Positions 1-9,674 are shown, numbered from the stretch's first letter. The stretch: 64,000 bases of DNA from Phycisphaerae bacterium (GCA_026386805.1 JAPLMX010000171.1:8176-72175); one strand, 5' to 3'. Notes: a model not told the origin generated them from the letters alone. Translations and numbers: made by a program.

Positions 1-2437
1 TGTCCATCTTCCGAGGCACGATGATCGTGTCGCCGGGCTCCAGTCGAAGGCTCATGAACCCGCCGAAGGACCACTGGTTATATTCCGAGTTCCAGGAGAT
101 CAGCCTGCCGCGGTTGCCCTGCGCGATGCTGATCACGGACCCATCCGCCTTGACCACGCTGACCTGCTTCTTGTCCGCCTCCTTGGTCATTCCGCCCACT
201 CGGCGCAGGTAATAACTGACCGTTTCACCCCGCTCGTGCACCAGGGAGGTCGGATTGAAGACTTCGCCGACCACGTGCACCACGCCGGGCGTTTGCGGGA
301 CGACCAGCTTGTCCCCGCTCTCCAGCTCGAAATCGTATTTCGATCTCTTGAACTCCTCCAAGGGGGTCATCCGGACCACCACGCGTCCCGTGATTTCGGC
401 GGCCCGCAGCTTCGTCAGAAGTTCTTTCTTCGCCGCCAGGGCCGCCTGCTCCGTCTTGGCCGTATCGGCGTCGAGTGCCCCGCTCATTTGCCGCTGGGCA
501 TTGCTCAGCATGGATTGCTCGACCTGGCGGATCAGGTCATCCAGCCGGCGCCGCTGTATGTCCATCGCACTTTTGCGGGTGAAGACGGCGCCCCTGAGGT
601 AGGCCTGCTCGCTGTAGCCTCCCGCCCGCTCGATCAGCGAGCTGAGCGTCTCCTGCTTTTCGATGGGATAGACGCCGGGGAAACGCACCTCGCCCACGAT
701 CTCGGCCGTCAGGCTGAACTGGAGGTCCGGGATCGGCCGAATCACCAGGTAATCATAATCACGAAGGACGATGTTGTTCTCGGGATCGCCCGCAACCGCC
801 TTTTCGAGATTGATCTCGATCTTCTCCGTCGCCACGCCCTCCTGGCTGATGTGCCGGCGGGTGACCTCCGCCGTGCGGAGGTAGGCGTTCTTCTGCAGAC
901 CGCCCGCCGCATCGATCAGATCGCGCACTTTCATGTCCGGGACGAGGCGATATGCATTGGGATCGTAGACCATGCCCGAGATGGTCACCTTCTCCGAGAT
1001 CCGCTTATCCCACCGGAACGTGCGAATCGTATCGTACTGAGCCAGCTCGATATTCTGCGCCGCGTCACCCGCGAGCAGTTGACCCAGGTTGAATGGGATC
1101 GTCGTAGGGTGCAGATCGGGCGGGAGGAGCCGAATGATTTCGCCATACTCCGTGTTCGGCTGCGGCAGAAGGACTTCGTAGGAGCTCAAGATGTCCTTGA
1201 GCCGCATGCCCGGCTTCCATTCGTACTTGCCGGGTCTGGCCGCGTGTCCTTCGAGAAAGACGACCTTGGCCTCCTGCGAGACCACGGGGAAAACCTTGAC
1301 CACGTCGCCGTCTCTCAGGGCCGTGCTCGCCGCCGCAGATGGGTTCTGAGGTGCGCCGCCCGGCGACAGGTCGAGGTCCACCACGATGCGCCGTTCGTGG
1401 TTCTCGATCCGTTCCACCTGCACTCGCTGGAGCCAGCCGGCGACCGTGACGCCGCCGGCCAAGTCGAGGGCCCCTTTCAGGGTCGTCGGTCCGGTCATCT
1501 CATAAATCGCCGGCCTCTTGACGTTGCCCGCGACGCCGACAACGGGGCCAATCAACGGAATGAAGATCGTGTCGCCATCCTGCAGCCGGATGTCCTTGGT
1601 CTTGTCGCCCCCGAGGAGAAAATCATAGAGGTCGAGCTTCACAAGGTCCTGGCCCGTCCGGGTCAGGCGAATCTCGCGAAGACTGCCGTTTTTGGAGGGG
1701 CCGCCCGCCGCCATCAGCGCGTTGATCACCGTGGACAGCGAGCTGACCGTATACGTGCCCGGCGTCGCTGCCTCCCCCACGACAAAGACTTGGATCGTCC
1801 GCAGCCGGCTCATGGTGACCGATATCTTGAAGTCGGTGTACTTACGCGAAAGCTCGTGCTGGAGATAGCCTTCCAAGCTGCCGAACTTCATCCCCCACAC
1901 TTTGAGGACGCCGACCTCCGGCAGAACGATCTGACCATCCCGATCCACCTGCAACGGGAACTGGCCGTCCGCACGGCCCCACATCGTCAAGGTGAACGCA
2001 TCCCCCGGCCCAATCACGTAGTCCGGCCCGACGGGAACATCGGTCACAGGGGCAAACGTGCTCACCGGCCGGCTGAACACGTCGTATCCGAACTGGCGAA
2101 GATTTGTGGAAACGTCGCTGGGCAACTGACCCGACAACAGCCGTTCGGTGGTGGAAGGCTCGGTCGGGGCGACGGGTGTTCGCCGTCCCTGTGGAGCCGC
2201 TTTCTGCTCGGGTGTCTGCTCCTGACCGGCTGGAGCCTGCGGTTGCAGCTCAGCCGGTGTTTGCACCTTCTGAGTTTTTAAGGCGTCCTGAATTTGCTGA
2301 GCCTGTTGCGGGGAGATCGTGGTCGGACCGGTCCCCGCCTGACCAACCGAGCTTGGGGTTGCCGGGGCGGCGTCCTGCGCCATAACGGGCAGACTGGCCA
2401 GGGCAAGCACGATCAACGCCGCGACTACGACCGTCAC
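1..2437 (-). CDS. Polysaccharide export protein, Wza/KpsD-like (Poly_export plus repeated SLBB domains); 3' end runs off the window
   Basis: Hand translation of the minus strand gives signal peptide VTVVVAALIVLALASLPVMAQD, then GPDYVIGPGDAFTLTMWGR, RTIQVFVVGEAATPGTYTVSSLSTVINALMAAGGP, IRLQDGDTIFIP and further SLBB-like repeats. It is absent from the ORF track because it is open at position 1. The listed plus-strand 681-aa ORF 236..2281 is its antisense shadow. Start is uncertain (GTG 2437 or ATG 2383). Confidence 0.8.
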   Translation of the reverse strand, partial: MTVVVAALIVLALASLPVMAQDAAPATPSSVGQAGTGPTTISPQQAQQIQDALKTQKVQTPAELQPQAPAGQEQTPEQKAAPQGRRTPVAPTEPSTTERLLSGQLPSDVSTNLRQFGYDVFSRPVSTFAPVTDVPVGPDYVIGPGDAFTLTMWGRADGQFPLQVDRDGQIVLPEVGVLKVWGMKFGSLEGYLQHELSRKYTDFKISVTMSRLRTIQVFVVGEAATPGTYTVSSLSTVINALMAAGGPSKNGSLREIRLTRTGQDLVKLDLYDFLLGGDKTKDIRLQDGDTIFIPLIGPVVGVAGNVKRPAIYEMTGPTTLKGALDLAGGVTVAGWLQRVQVERIENHERRIVVDLDLSPGGAPQNPSAAASTALRDGDVVKVFPVVSQEAKVVFLEGHAARPGKYEWKPGMRLKDILSSYEVLLPQPNTEYGEIIRLLPPDLHPTTIPFNLGQLLAGDAAQNIELAQYDTIRTFRWDKRISEKVTISGMVYDPNAYRLVPDMKVRDLIDAAGGLQKNAYLRTAEVTRRHISQEGVATEKIEINLEKAVAGDPENNIVLRDYDYLVIRPIPDLQFSLTAEIVGEVRFPGVYPIEKQETLSSLIERAGGYSEQAYLRGAVFTRKSAMDIQRRRLDDLIRQVEQSMLSNAQRQMSGALDADTAKTEQAALAAKKELLTKLRAAEITGRVVVRMTPLEEFKRSKYDFELESGDKLVVPQTPGVVHVVGEVFNPTSLVHERGETVSYYLRRVGGMTKEADKKQVSVVKADGSVISIAQGNRGRLISWNSEYNQWSFGGFMSLRLEPGDTIIVPRKMD

Positions 2438-3061
2438 GCGGGTACGCGTCGCGCCCGTTCGATCACACGAACTGACGACCGTCCGTCTGCGCTGACGCCG
2501 GCGTGAGCAGCGTTCGAGACAGTCACACCCCCTCAGGCCGCCTTGAGTCCAACTGCCCTCGAAATTCATTCTACAATCCTTTGCGTTCAAACAAACCCAG
2601 CCCAGAGAGACAGGTCCCACCGCCGGAAACTGCCTCTCCCAAAGGCTTCTACTCCTACAGGTGACAGGATCCTCCGACCCTGTCTGCCTCAATACTCCTT
2701 CTCATGCCGGAGCAATCGCCCAAAATGGTATCGCGTCCAGCAGTACTGTCAAGGCTTTTTTCGCGGGCCTATCGGTCATTCACGGAAATTGAAATCGATC
2801 CCAGCCCCATCGAGCCATCCCGCCACACAGGCAAAACTACCCTGTCTGAGTGACTATTATCGGACAGCGGTTACAGGAGTCTTTAGCAGCGAATCGGAAC
2901 TCAGCGGATTTCAAGGTTCGACACTTCTGGGCGGTTGGGACGGTTGTCTCAAGAGTACAACGCCACCTTCGTATTTCAGGTTCCCAACCACAATTCGCTT
3001 GACCATGCCCTCCAGGCAATTGTACTTGTTGTGTGTCTGTAGTAAAGAAGGGGTTGTTGAC

Positions 3062-3418
3062 ATGAGAACCAGCCAGTTTGCACACATCGCCGTTTTCCTT
3101 CTCCTGCCGCTCCTGAGCACCGCCCGGGCCGGCAATGCCGGTGGGAAACTCAGTCTCGATCTGCCCGCCGGCAAGCCCGAGGTCTTCGAACGTGTCGAGA
3201 TCTCCGTCACCGGCGTGCCCGCCACCGCCAACCCCTTCGACCCCGAATCGATCGCCCTTGACCTGGAGGTGACACAACCGTCCGGGCCGCGGCTGCGCGT
3301 GCCCGGCTACTTTCAGCGGGAATTCGAGCGGAGACTCGACGGCAATCACGAGACCCTCACACCCAGCGGCGAAGGGAGTTGGCGCCTCCACTGGCTGCCC
3401 CTTATGCCGGCACTTTGA
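3062..3418 (+). pseudogene. Truncated N-terminal fragment of a secreted DUF5060-type protein (Ig-like domain normally preceding a glycoside-hydrolase-like domain)
   Basis: Internal ATG 3062 of ORF 2543..3418 gives signal peptide MRTSQFAHIAVFLLLPLLSTARA, then VFERVEISVTGVPATANPFDPESIALDLEVTQPSGPRLRVPGYFQREFERR. The ORF stops after ~118 aa, 30 nt before the convergent SWIM gene. Family assignment is from memory. Confidence 0.4.
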
Positions 3419-3447
3419 GAGCAGGTTCTGGCGGTCGGCTCAGTCCC

Positions 3448-4320
3448 TCACTTGGCCCGCTTCTTCGGTGTCCTCTGCGTGGAGACCTTGCGTTGAGCCT
3501 TGGCCGTGGACTTGGGGCTGGCGGTCCCTTCGCTGCGTACAGAGCGGCGCTTGGTCCGAAGGCTTTCTTTCTCCACCGCTACAGCGGGCTCCATCTCGAT
3601 GCCGAACACATCCCCCAGGTCGGCGTCGTCGATCACGCGGGAGGTCTTCTTCTTCGCCTGTTTCAACAGCTTTTCGGATTTTTCGCGAACGGCCTGGGTG
3701 ATGAGGTCGTCCATCTTCACCTTGCGAAGAACGAAGAACAGGCTCGGGTCTTCATCCAGCCGCGTCCCGATGCCATAAAGGACGGCGGCGACATGCTTAC
3801 ACATGTAGGCCCAGTCGGGACAACTGCACTTGAATTCGATCTCCTTCGGGGAAGGAAACAGCCCGCTGTCTTTGGCCGTGAACAGCTCCATCAGGCCCTG
3901 GGGGAACCGCCCCGCCAGCAGTTCCTGCAAAGACGCAAGCTGGCCCGCGCAGGCGGCCTTGATCTGTTTCCAGACCGGCTCGCTGACAGGCTTGATCTTG
4001 ATGGCGACTGTGTACGGGCTTCCTTGTCTGCCTTGCACCAGAGCTTTGACTTGACCAGGACTGATCTGCAAGTCCAGGACGGCCCCGTGCCGCACGTAGC
4101 TGCGTCCGCGTCCGACCCGGTTGGCGTAGTCGGCATACTTGCCAAGATTGCCGTTCCACGCCTTGCCCCACCACGTGCGGACGAGGGTATTGCCTTCAAT
4201 GACAACCGGGCGAATGCCCGGGTGCTTCTTTCTTAATTGTTCGAGCTTGCGCCACGCCCGGGCCCGTTTCTCGGCCACGGACACGTAGGGCGGATAGCCA
4301 TAGTTATTGTAGTACGCCAT
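3448..4320 (-). CDS. SWIM zinc-finger protein (partner of the upstream SNF2 helicase)
   Basis: 290-aa ORF with the SWIM signature CSCPDWAYMCKHVAAVLY and a lysine-rich C-terminal tail. Its start lies 10 nt downstream of the SNF2 stop on the same strand. Confidence 0.85.
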   Translation of the reverse strand: MAYYNNYGYPPYVSVAEKRARAWRKLEQLRKKHPGIRPVVIEGNTLVRTWWGKAWNGNLGKYADYANRVGRGRSYVRHGAVLDLQISPGQVKALVQGRQGSPYTVAIKIKPVSEPVWKQIKAACAGQLASLQELLAGRFPQGLMELFTAKDSGLFPSPKEIEFKCSCPDWAYMCKHVAAVLYGIGTRLDEDPSLFFVLRKVKMDDLITQAVREKSEKLLKQAKKKTSRVIDDADLGDVFGIEMEPAVAVEKESLRTKRRSVRSEGTASPKSTAKAQRKVSTQRTPKKRAK

Positions 4321-4330
4321 AGGGTCTCCT

Positions 4331-7051
4331 CTATAAAGACAGCGTGAACAGCCTCACTAACTCCTTGTCGTCCATTTCCGTAATCCATGCCTCGCCGGAG
4401 TCCGGGATGATCTGCCGCGAAAGCTCGGCTTTCTCCGCCAGCATCGTGTCGATCTTCTCTTCTACCGTCCCCTTGGTGACGAACTTGTGGACCACCACAT
4501 TCTTGCGTTGCCCGATGCGAAAGGCCCGATCCGTCGCCTGATCCTCGACGGCGGGGTTCCACCAGCGGTCGAAGTGCACCACGTGATTCGCCGCCGTCAG
4601 ATTCAGTCCCACACCGCCCGCTTTCAGCGACAGGACCAGGAAAGGTGTGTATTCGTCGCTCTGGAACCGCTCGATCATCTGCCGGCGTTTTGCCACCGGT
4701 GTGCCGCCGTGCAGGACAAGGCCCTCATGACCAAAAATGGCATCGAGGAATCCCTTCAGAGGCCCCGTCATCTCCTTGAACTGCGTGAAGACAAGCATCT
4801 TCTCTCTCTTTTCGAAGATCGTCTCGCAGATCGGCCGAAGCCGCTGGAATTTACCGCTGTCGAGCTCGGCGAACCCGCCCTGACCCAGGTACTGGTCCGG
4901 GTGATTGCACAACTGCTTGAACTTCATCAGCGAAGCGAGAATCAGGCCCTTTCTGCGAATGCCGTCCGGCTGTTCCTCCAACACCTGCCGAAGCTGCTTG
5001 ACCAAGTCCTCATACAGAACGACCTGCCGGCGGCTGAGCTCCGCATAGGTCTTCATCTCGATCTTCTCGGGCAGGTCGGAGATGACGGTCTTATCCGTCT
5101 TGAGTCTGCGCAGGATGTACGGACCCACCACCTTCTTCAGCCGGGCGTAGCCGCTCGAGTCGCGCTTGAGCTTTCTGCTGAACCCGCCGAACTCCTCGAC
5201 GGTGCCCAGCAGCCCCGGATTGAGGAAATCGAACAGCGACCACAGATCGGAAAGGCGATTCTCGATCGGCGTGCCCGTCATGATGATCCGGTTCTTGGCG
5301 TGCAGCTTCTTGACCGCCCGGGTCTGCTGGGTCCCGGGGTTTTTGATCGCCTGCGCCTCATCCAACACGACCAGGTCCCACTGAGCGTTCTGGAGCCAGG
5401 CGTATTTCTGACACAGGCCGTAGGTGGTTATCACCAGATCGACGTCATCCAGTGCGGGGCCGCGCCGTAGCGTGTCCTTGTCGGCTCCGCCGGATGGATG
5501 AGCTATGAAGTATCTCAATGACGGCAGGAAACGCTCGATCTCGTTGGTCCAGTTACCAATCAGTGAGGCCGGCAGGATCAGCAGGCTGGTCTTCGGCCCT
5601 TGCCTCGATTTCTCCGCCGTCCGGACACTGAGCATGGCCAGCAGTTCCACCGTCTTTCCCAGGCCCATGTCGTCGGCCAACAACGCTCCGAACCGTAGGC
5701 CATCCAGAAAGCACAGCCAGTCCACGCCCTGGCGCTGGTAGGGCCGCAGCGTCGCCTTGAACCGACTGGGCACTCGAACCGAGTCAATACGCTGCGGCTC
5801 GCGAAGCCGAGCAATTACAGATTCAAGCCATTGCCCCTGGGAGACCTCCACCTCGACGTCTTCCTCGGACAAGCCCAAGGCCCTGTCGGCGTCCAACTGT
5901 AGCCGCATAGCCTCACGCAGGGTCAAATCCTCCTCGGCCATCAATGTCTGCGCCTTCTCATAGGCCCGCAGGGTCTGTTCGAGCTTCTCGCGGTCCACCT
6001 CCACCCATTTGCCCTTGATGAAAGCCAAGCCCTCCGATTCGTCCAGCAGCCTCCGGGCCTCCTCTTCGGAGATGGGCGCATCGCCCAGCAGCAACCCGGC
6101 ATGGAAATCGAGAATCGCGTCCATCCCCAGCGAGCTGGGCCGGGCCTCGCCCATCTGGATATTCAGGCGAAGCCCCGCCGCTCGATTCTTCCACCAGTTG
6201 GGGATGCGGCACAGGATGCCGGCCCGCTCATAGATCGGGATCTCCTTCAGGACCGTGCACGCCTCGCCGGCCGAGAGGGCCAACGGATGGAAGATCTCGC
6301 CGCTATCCATGACTCCGGAGAGAAACTGGCTCTCGGCCGCCGCCTGGTGGACGGTGGCAAGCAGATCGAGCAGCTTCTTGCTGTCGGCGCCGTATTCGGT
6401 CAGGGCGTGCTTCAGTGGCACGTGCTTGCAGCCGCCCTTTGGGTCCAGGCCGGTGGAGTAAGTGGCGAGAAAGGCGAACGGATACTCATCTTTCTTGCTC
6501 TCAACGAGATGAAAGAAGACCCGGCCAACAAGGTGCACCTTTGGACTCAAGGTACGGACAAAGTCGGCAACCGATCCTTCATACGAGTTGACCTGCCGCT
6601 GGTACGTGGCATTGAGCTTGGACCACAGATCATCAAGCAAACCGCGGTCCAGATATTCGGACCCGGGCATGAAGGGCGCGCTGTCGAGCATCGCGCCGGC
6701 TTCGGCATCGGTGAGAGCGACCGTTGCCTTATGCCTCAGGACCTCCAGATCGGGCGTCCTGACCAACTCCTCGGCGAACCGCCCCGTCACCTTTCTCCAG
6801 TAATCCAGCGAGACCGATAGCGGCACCGACGGATCGGAGAAACCCAGCAGCAGCAGGAACGACTCATAGTCCCCTCCCATCCGCTTCCACAACTCGTCCT
6901 GGAGCAGTCTCTGATCCCGGCCAATCGAGTCGTCGACAGAACTCCATTCGAGCTCTATACGCCCATTAGGCAATACCGTGGCGTTCAACTCATTGAACAA
7001 GGTTCCAGATGTCTGGTCGAACACGGGAAATTCCCTGAACACGGATCGCAA
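4331..7051 (-). CDS. SNF2-family DEAD/DEAH-box helicase with N-terminal SNF2-associated domain
   Basis: 906-aa ORF with LADDMGLGKT (motif I), VVLDEAQAIKN (motif II), IIMTGTPIENRLSDLWSLFDF (motif III) and helicase-C motifs LVLSLKAGGVGLNLTAANHVVHFDRWWNPAVEDQATDRAFRIGQ. Confidence 0.92.
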   Translation of the reverse strand: MRSVFREFPVFDQTSGTLFNELNATVLPNGRIELEWSSVDDSIGRDQRLLQDELWKRMGGDYESFLLLLGFSDPSVPLSVSLDYWRKVTGRFAEELVRTPDLEVLRHKATVALTDAEAGAMLDSAPFMPGSEYLDRGLLDDLWSKLNATYQRQVNSYEGSVADFVRTLSPKVHLVGRVFFHLVESKKDEYPFAFLATYSTGLDPKGGCKHVPLKHALTEYGADSKKLLDLLATVHQAAAESQFLSGVMDSGEIFHPLALSAGEACTVLKEIPIYERAGILCRIPNWWKNRAAGLRLNIQMGEARPSSLGMDAILDFHAGLLLGDAPISEEEARRLLDESEGLAFIKGKWVEVDREKLEQTLRAYEKAQTLMAEEDLTLREAMRLQLDADRALGLSEEDVEVEVSQGQWLESVIARLREPQRIDSVRVPSRFKATLRPYQRQGVDWLCFLDGLRFGALLADDMGLGKTVELLAMLSVRTAEKSRQGPKTSLLILPASLIGNWTNEIERFLPSLRYFIAHPSGGADKDTLRRGPALDDVDLVITTYGLCQKYAWLQNAQWDLVVLDEAQAIKNPGTQQTRAVKKLHAKNRIIMTGTPIENRLSDLWSLFDFLNPGLLGTVEEFGGFSRKLKRDSSGYARLKKVVGPYILRRLKTDKTVISDLPEKIEMKTYAELSRRQVVLYEDLVKQLRQVLEEQPDGIRRKGLILASLMKFKQLCNHPDQYLGQGGFAELDSGKFQRLRPICETIFEKREKMLVFTQFKEMTGPLKGFLDAIFGHEGLVLHGGTPVAKRRQMIERFQSDEYTPFLVLSLKAGGVGLNLTAANHVVHFDRWWNPAVEDQATDRAFRIGQRKNVVVHKFVTKGTVEEKIDTMLAEKAELSRQIIPDSGEAWITEMDDKELVRLFTLSL

Positions 7052-7178
7052 CGGCGCCGCACAGAATGGGATCGGTCACCGCATTACTCCTATGGCGACC
7101 TACATTGCAGCGGGAGATACCGGGATTGTCAAGCACGGGGTGTGCGACCAGTTTTCGTGGGCGTAGTGCGCCCGTTTT

Positions 7179-7312
7179 GTCATCCTGAGCGACAGCGAAG
7201 GATCTGGGCGGAGCACAATGACAGGTGTGGGTTCGGGTCCCCATCGCGACCAGTCGCGATGGGGGTCCCGTTCCATGTCGTCGCCCAGATGCTTCGCTTC
7301 GCTCAGCATGAC
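7179..7312. repeat. Palindromic REP/MITE-like element (family G), copy 1
   Basis: Arms gtcatcctgagcgacagcgaaggatctgggc and gcccagatgcttcgcttcgctcagcatgac are imperfect reverse complements. They enclose the perfect hairpin ccccatcgcgaccagtcgcgatgggg (7239-7264). The same arm sequences recur at 60411-60517. Confidence 0.8.
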
Positions 7313-7422
7313 AGAGGGGGATTGATCTCCCACAAAACGCAGTTGCGCACCCGCATGGGTCGCCAAACACAATTCACTTGACCTTACGCCGGACATGGTT
7401 TACTTCTTTGAACCTCTGGTAG

Positions 7423-7441
7423 CACGGGCATCCTGCCCGTG
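7423..7441. repeat. Short perfect palindrome cacgggcatcctgcccgtg
   Basis: 8-bp arms around tcc. The related motif gcgggcaggatgcccgc occurs inside the 12737-12966 element. Confidence 0.6.
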
Positions 7442-7513
7442 ATCCGGAATCCATGGGCGCTCGCGCCTATGCTACTAAGGATTGGTTGGCAGAAATTTGT
7501 CACAGATGGGCCC

Positions 7514-8998
7514 ATGCGAAGGATTGCAGTCTTCCTCATTTTGTCCGTGTTGCCGAGTTTGCCATCCCGTGCCTCGGTGTCCACGAATGTCCCGCTGGGC
7601 CACTGGAGTTACGGCGCCGTCGAGAAGCTGGCCAATTACGGGCTGATCGACAGCGCCATGCTGGCGACCAAACCCCTGTCCCGGCTCGAGATGGCCCGAC
7701 ACGTGGCAGAGGCGAAGGACGCTCTCGAGCAAACGGAGGACGCGCCCGAGATCCTCGCGGCCCTCGTGGAAAGGCTCACGAGAGAATATAGCGGCGAGCT
7801 CGTTCAATTGGGCGTGCTCGATAGCTCGTATGACGGCACAACGTGCTTCAAGCCCCTGGAAGACCCCTACGTCAAGTATCTATACGCCAAACACATGCCG
7901 GACCTGGAGAACCGGCGGGGCGACGTGTTTCAGAGCGGATCAAACTACCGGGCCGGCCTCGCCTCGCGCGGGACTCTGTTCGACACGTTCGCCTTCTACC
8001 TGCACCCGGAGTACGCCGGCTCGGGCGAAGGCGGCAACGACGTCGAGTTGATCGAAGGTTACGGCAAGGTGGGGCTCGGGCCCTTGGAGCTGGAGGCCGG
8101 GCGGGACTCGCTCTGGTGGGGACCGGGCCAGCACGGCTCGATCCTGATGAGCAACAATGCCCGACCGTTCGACATGCTCAAGATCTCCAACCCCGGGCCG
8201 ATCCTGCTTCCCTGGGTCTTCCGGGCGCTGGGCCCCGTCAAGGCCGAATGGTTCCTGGCCCGGCTGGAAGCGGATCGGGACTTCCCGCACGCGGATCTGT
8301 CGGGCATTCGGCTCAACATCAAGCCCCATCCGTTGGTGGAGTTGGGGGCGTCACGAGTGGTGGTTTTCGGGGGACAAGGGCAGCCCAGCCTTGGTCTCTT
8401 CGACTATATCAAGCCGCTGGTGGCTGCCCATGAGGAGGCCGAGAACAACCAGTTGGCCGGCTTCGACGGCTCGGTTCTCGTGCCGCTGCCCAAGAATGGG
8501 CTCCTGCGATCCGTCAAGCTGTATGCGGATGCCGCCGGCGAAGACGAGGCGGGTCTGATGCCGACCAAATGGGGGGACTTGCTGGGCGTGCAGTTCAATG
8601 ACATCCTGAAAACCGGCCGGACGGATTTCCGGATTGAGTATGCCGATGACATCGTCCCCGGCTACCCAAGCGTCTTTTACACGCACAGCCTTTACACGTC
8701 AGGATATACCTACGACGGGCGGGTCATCGGCCATTTCATGGGTCCGGAATCCCGCGACCTGTTTATGCAACTGTCGCACTATCTGACGAGCGACCTGATC
8801 GTGGATGTCGCTTACGACCGGCACACGCACGGGACAAGCGACGGTACGCGCACGACGGCAAACATCTATGAATTGGGCGTGACGTACTTCCCTTCGCAGA
8901 ACTGGCAAATCACGGGCGGCTATCGCTTCGAGCAAAGGGACGACCGCGCGGACGGCGATAATCACGTCGTCGAGGTGGGGTTGATAAGAAAGTTCTGA
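7514..8998 (+). CDS. wzi: Capsule assembly Wzi-family outer-membrane protein
   Basis: Signal peptide MRRIAVFLILSVLPSLPSRASV from internal ATG 7514 of ORF 7439..8998. The motif SLWWGPGQHGSILMSNNARPFDMLKISNP matches my memory of the Wzi family signature. The C-terminal half is rich in beta-strand-like Y/G segments. Confidence 0.7.
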   Translation: MRRIAVFLILSVLPSLPSRASVSTNVPLGHWSYGAVEKLANYGLIDSAMLATKPLSRLEMARHVAEAKDALEQTEDAPEILAALVERLTREYSGELVQLGVLDSSYDGTTCFKPLEDPYVKYLYAKHMPDLENRRGDVFQSGSNYRAGLASRGTLFDTFAFYLHPEYAGSGEGGNDVELIEGYGKVGLGPLELEAGRDSLWWGPGQHGSILMSNNARPFDMLKISNPGPILLPWVFRALGPVKAEWFLARLEADRDFPHADLSGIRLNIKPHPLVELGASRVVVFGGQGQPSLGLFDYIKPLVAAHEEAENNQLAGFDGSVLVPLPKNGLLRSVKLYADAAGEDEAGLMPTKWGDLLGVQFNDILKTGRTDFRIEYADDIVPGYPSVFYTHSLYTSGYTYDGRVIGHFMGPESRDLFMQLSHYLTSDLIVDVAYDRHTHGTSDGTRTTANIYELGVTYFPSQNWQITGGYRFEQRDDRADGDNHVVEVGLIRKF

Positions 8999-9008
8999 GA
9001 AACGAGTT

Positions 9009-9113
9009 GAAAGTGTGAAGTGCGATCTTTGATTGTTGATTTGGGAGAGTCACCTCTTGCTTCAAACTTCAAACATCCAACTTCTCACTTCAAAAGTCTC
9101 ACTTCACACTTTC
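9009..9113. repeat. Low-complexity hairpin element (family D), copy 1, between convergent wzi and fliS
   Basis: Perfect 14-bp termini gaaagtgtgaagtg and cacttcacactttc. The interior is built of gattgttgat and cttcaaacttcaaac words. Roughly 85-90% identical by eye to 11299-11396. Confidence 0.8.
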
Positions 9114-9471
9114 ATCCCGTGATTGTTTTCCAGCTCTGGCTGAGCTCGTCCATCAGGGTGATGACTTCGCGGATCATCTGGGGATCGCGTTTGGCATTGG
9201 CCTGCCAGAGGCGTCGATTCATGAAGTAGTACAACCGCCGCAGGTTCTGGGCGATCTCGCCGCCGCCCTCCATGTCCAGGACGCCGTTCAACTCGTTGAT
9301 GACGTCCTGGGCGCGGCTCAGATACTGGCCTTTGGCCGCCATGTCACCCTCTTCCAGGGCTTTGATCGCCAGCCTCATGAACTTGGCCGCCCCGTCATAC
9401 AGCAGGACGATCAGGCGTCCCCGGCTTTGGGTGGCGATGGCCGTTTCCTGATATACCTCGATTCCCTTCAT
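9112..9471 (-). CDS. fliS: Flagellar export chaperone FliS
   Basis: 119 aa: YQETAIATQSRGRLIVLLYDGAAKFMRLA...LSRAQDVINELNGVLDMEGGGEIAQNLRRLYYFM, the typical FliS four-helix pattern. Sits downstream of flagellin. Confidence 0.9.
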   Translation of the reverse strand: MKGIEVYQETAIATQSRGRLIVLLYDGAAKFMRLAIKALEEGDMAAKGQYLSRAQDVINELNGVLDMEGGGEIAQNLRRLYYFMNRRLWQANAKRDPQMIREVITLMDELSQSWKTITG

Positions 9472-9500
9472 GATCTGGTCCCCGGCACAGAATGAACCGC

Positions 9501-9580
9501 TGGAATACTGGAATGTTGGAAATGGGGGAACGCCTTTCGAGCTTCCTATTCTTCCATCATTCCATCATTCCAATGCTCCA
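9501..9580. repeat. Low-complexity imperfect hairpin (tggaatactggaatgttggaaatggg / cttccatcattccatcattccaatgctcca) between fliC stop and fliS start
   Basis: The two arms are approximate reverse complements made of ggaat(g/a) words. Placement suits a partial terminator or processing site after fliC. Confidence 0.55.
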
Positions 9581-9674
9581 TGATCCATCATCAATTATCA
9601 ATGGGGAGATGACTGACGGACGGGGCCGCAGCCATCTCCCCCTAATGAGCGTCAAACGTGTTGTCCCGCGCTGA

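Noticed and set aside
236-2281. 681-aa plus-strand ORF, the longest listed ORF at the left end
   Set aside because: It is Arg/Leu/His-rich with no motifs and lies exactly antisense to a well-formed Wza/SLBB protein that I translated by hand. This is a typical high-GC shadow ORF.
2438-3061. 624-bp lower-GC non-coding stretch upstream of the exporter gene, considered as a possible ncRNA or riboswitch
   Set aside because: I could recognise no conserved structure, repeat or motif. It is most simply the promoter/leader region of the divergent genes.
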